From Thalia democratica (Eukaryota): 64,000 nt of DNA. The position numbers and the translations under genes were made by a program. This document shows positions 63,433 through 64,000 of the stretch, one piece after another. A model generated the notes under the pieces. It had not been told where the DNA came from, made no database searches, and was given only the letters and a program-made list of their open reading frames with translations. Numbering within the stretch: the first letter of the stretch is position 1; each line of letters opens with the position of its first letter. The DNA lies in assembly GCA_965202585.1 (NCBI GenBank), contig OZ241826.1:87792001-87856000 (forward strand). The letters run 5' to 3'.

Positions 63433-64000
63433 TTGTTTATTTAGTCTGTTGTTAAATGTGTTGTTAGGAACTTTAAATGATAAAATAATGGTCTACACTA
63501 AATTTGATTACAATGTAATATAATATCTTTATTAAGATTCTCATATTATACACATTGTCTGAATACATTCTAGTACTTCATACAACAAATATTGATCTAT
63601 TTTTATATATATGTTATATTTAAAATAAACTTAGCATTTAAAAAAACAAGTGTTTAAAAAAAAGAATGTTATAAAAGAAAAGTTCTTAAGCTTAAAATTA
63701 CAGCCCTTTTATACAAACTAACTTTTATTATATTTTAGTAAGTATTAATAAAAACTAAGTTGATTAGTAACTTTAATGTAATTTATGATAGCTTAAAATT
63801 AAACATAATTTATAATCACAAACATTTTGTAATGACTAAAAAACTTAAAAAAATTTATTGTAAGTGTTTAATTTTTTTTTTGTAGTTTAAGTATAAAAAA
63901 CACTAGATACACCATCCCAGTAAACTAAAACAATAGTTAAGCAATTAACTACAAGCACAAGGTTAAGTTTTGAAAATATTTTCCAATCTTCCAATTTTCC

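Overview
Very AT-rich, intron-rich eukaryotic (invertebrate metazoan-like) genomic DNA, not prokaryotic. Gene models below were assembled by hand from GT..AG boundaries and phase checks; no database search was possible. Contents: (1) an intact 3-exon, 757-aa two-Ig-domain type I membrane protein (3033-6987, +) and its disabled inverted paralog (63432-59527, -); (2) a divergent 19-exon Groucho/TLE corepressor gene of about 1042 aa (28067-16896, -) with a large Q/N/P repeat exon, plus a truncated paralog remnant (504-1254); (3) a BACK/Kelch (KLHL-like) gene with a doubtful BTB exon; (4) a 4-exon, 278-aa protein made of two tandem copies of a ~135-aa domain I cannot assign (45568-47838), which the ORF track only shows in pieces; (5) a dispersed tRNA cluster (Ala-CGC x2, Gln-CTG, Glu-CTC x2, Pro-CGG remnant, tRNA-like relics); (6) a ~1.8-kb inverted repeat with an identity gradient and two (AT)n-centred palindromes; (7) several DNA-transposon/MITE families, a Penelope-like relic and a PY-motif membrane-protein pseudogene. 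The window looks like a rearranged segmental duplication with reciprocal gene loss. The best candidates for something undescribed are the tandem-domain gene, the long hairpin and the Ig receptor with its prion-like tail.
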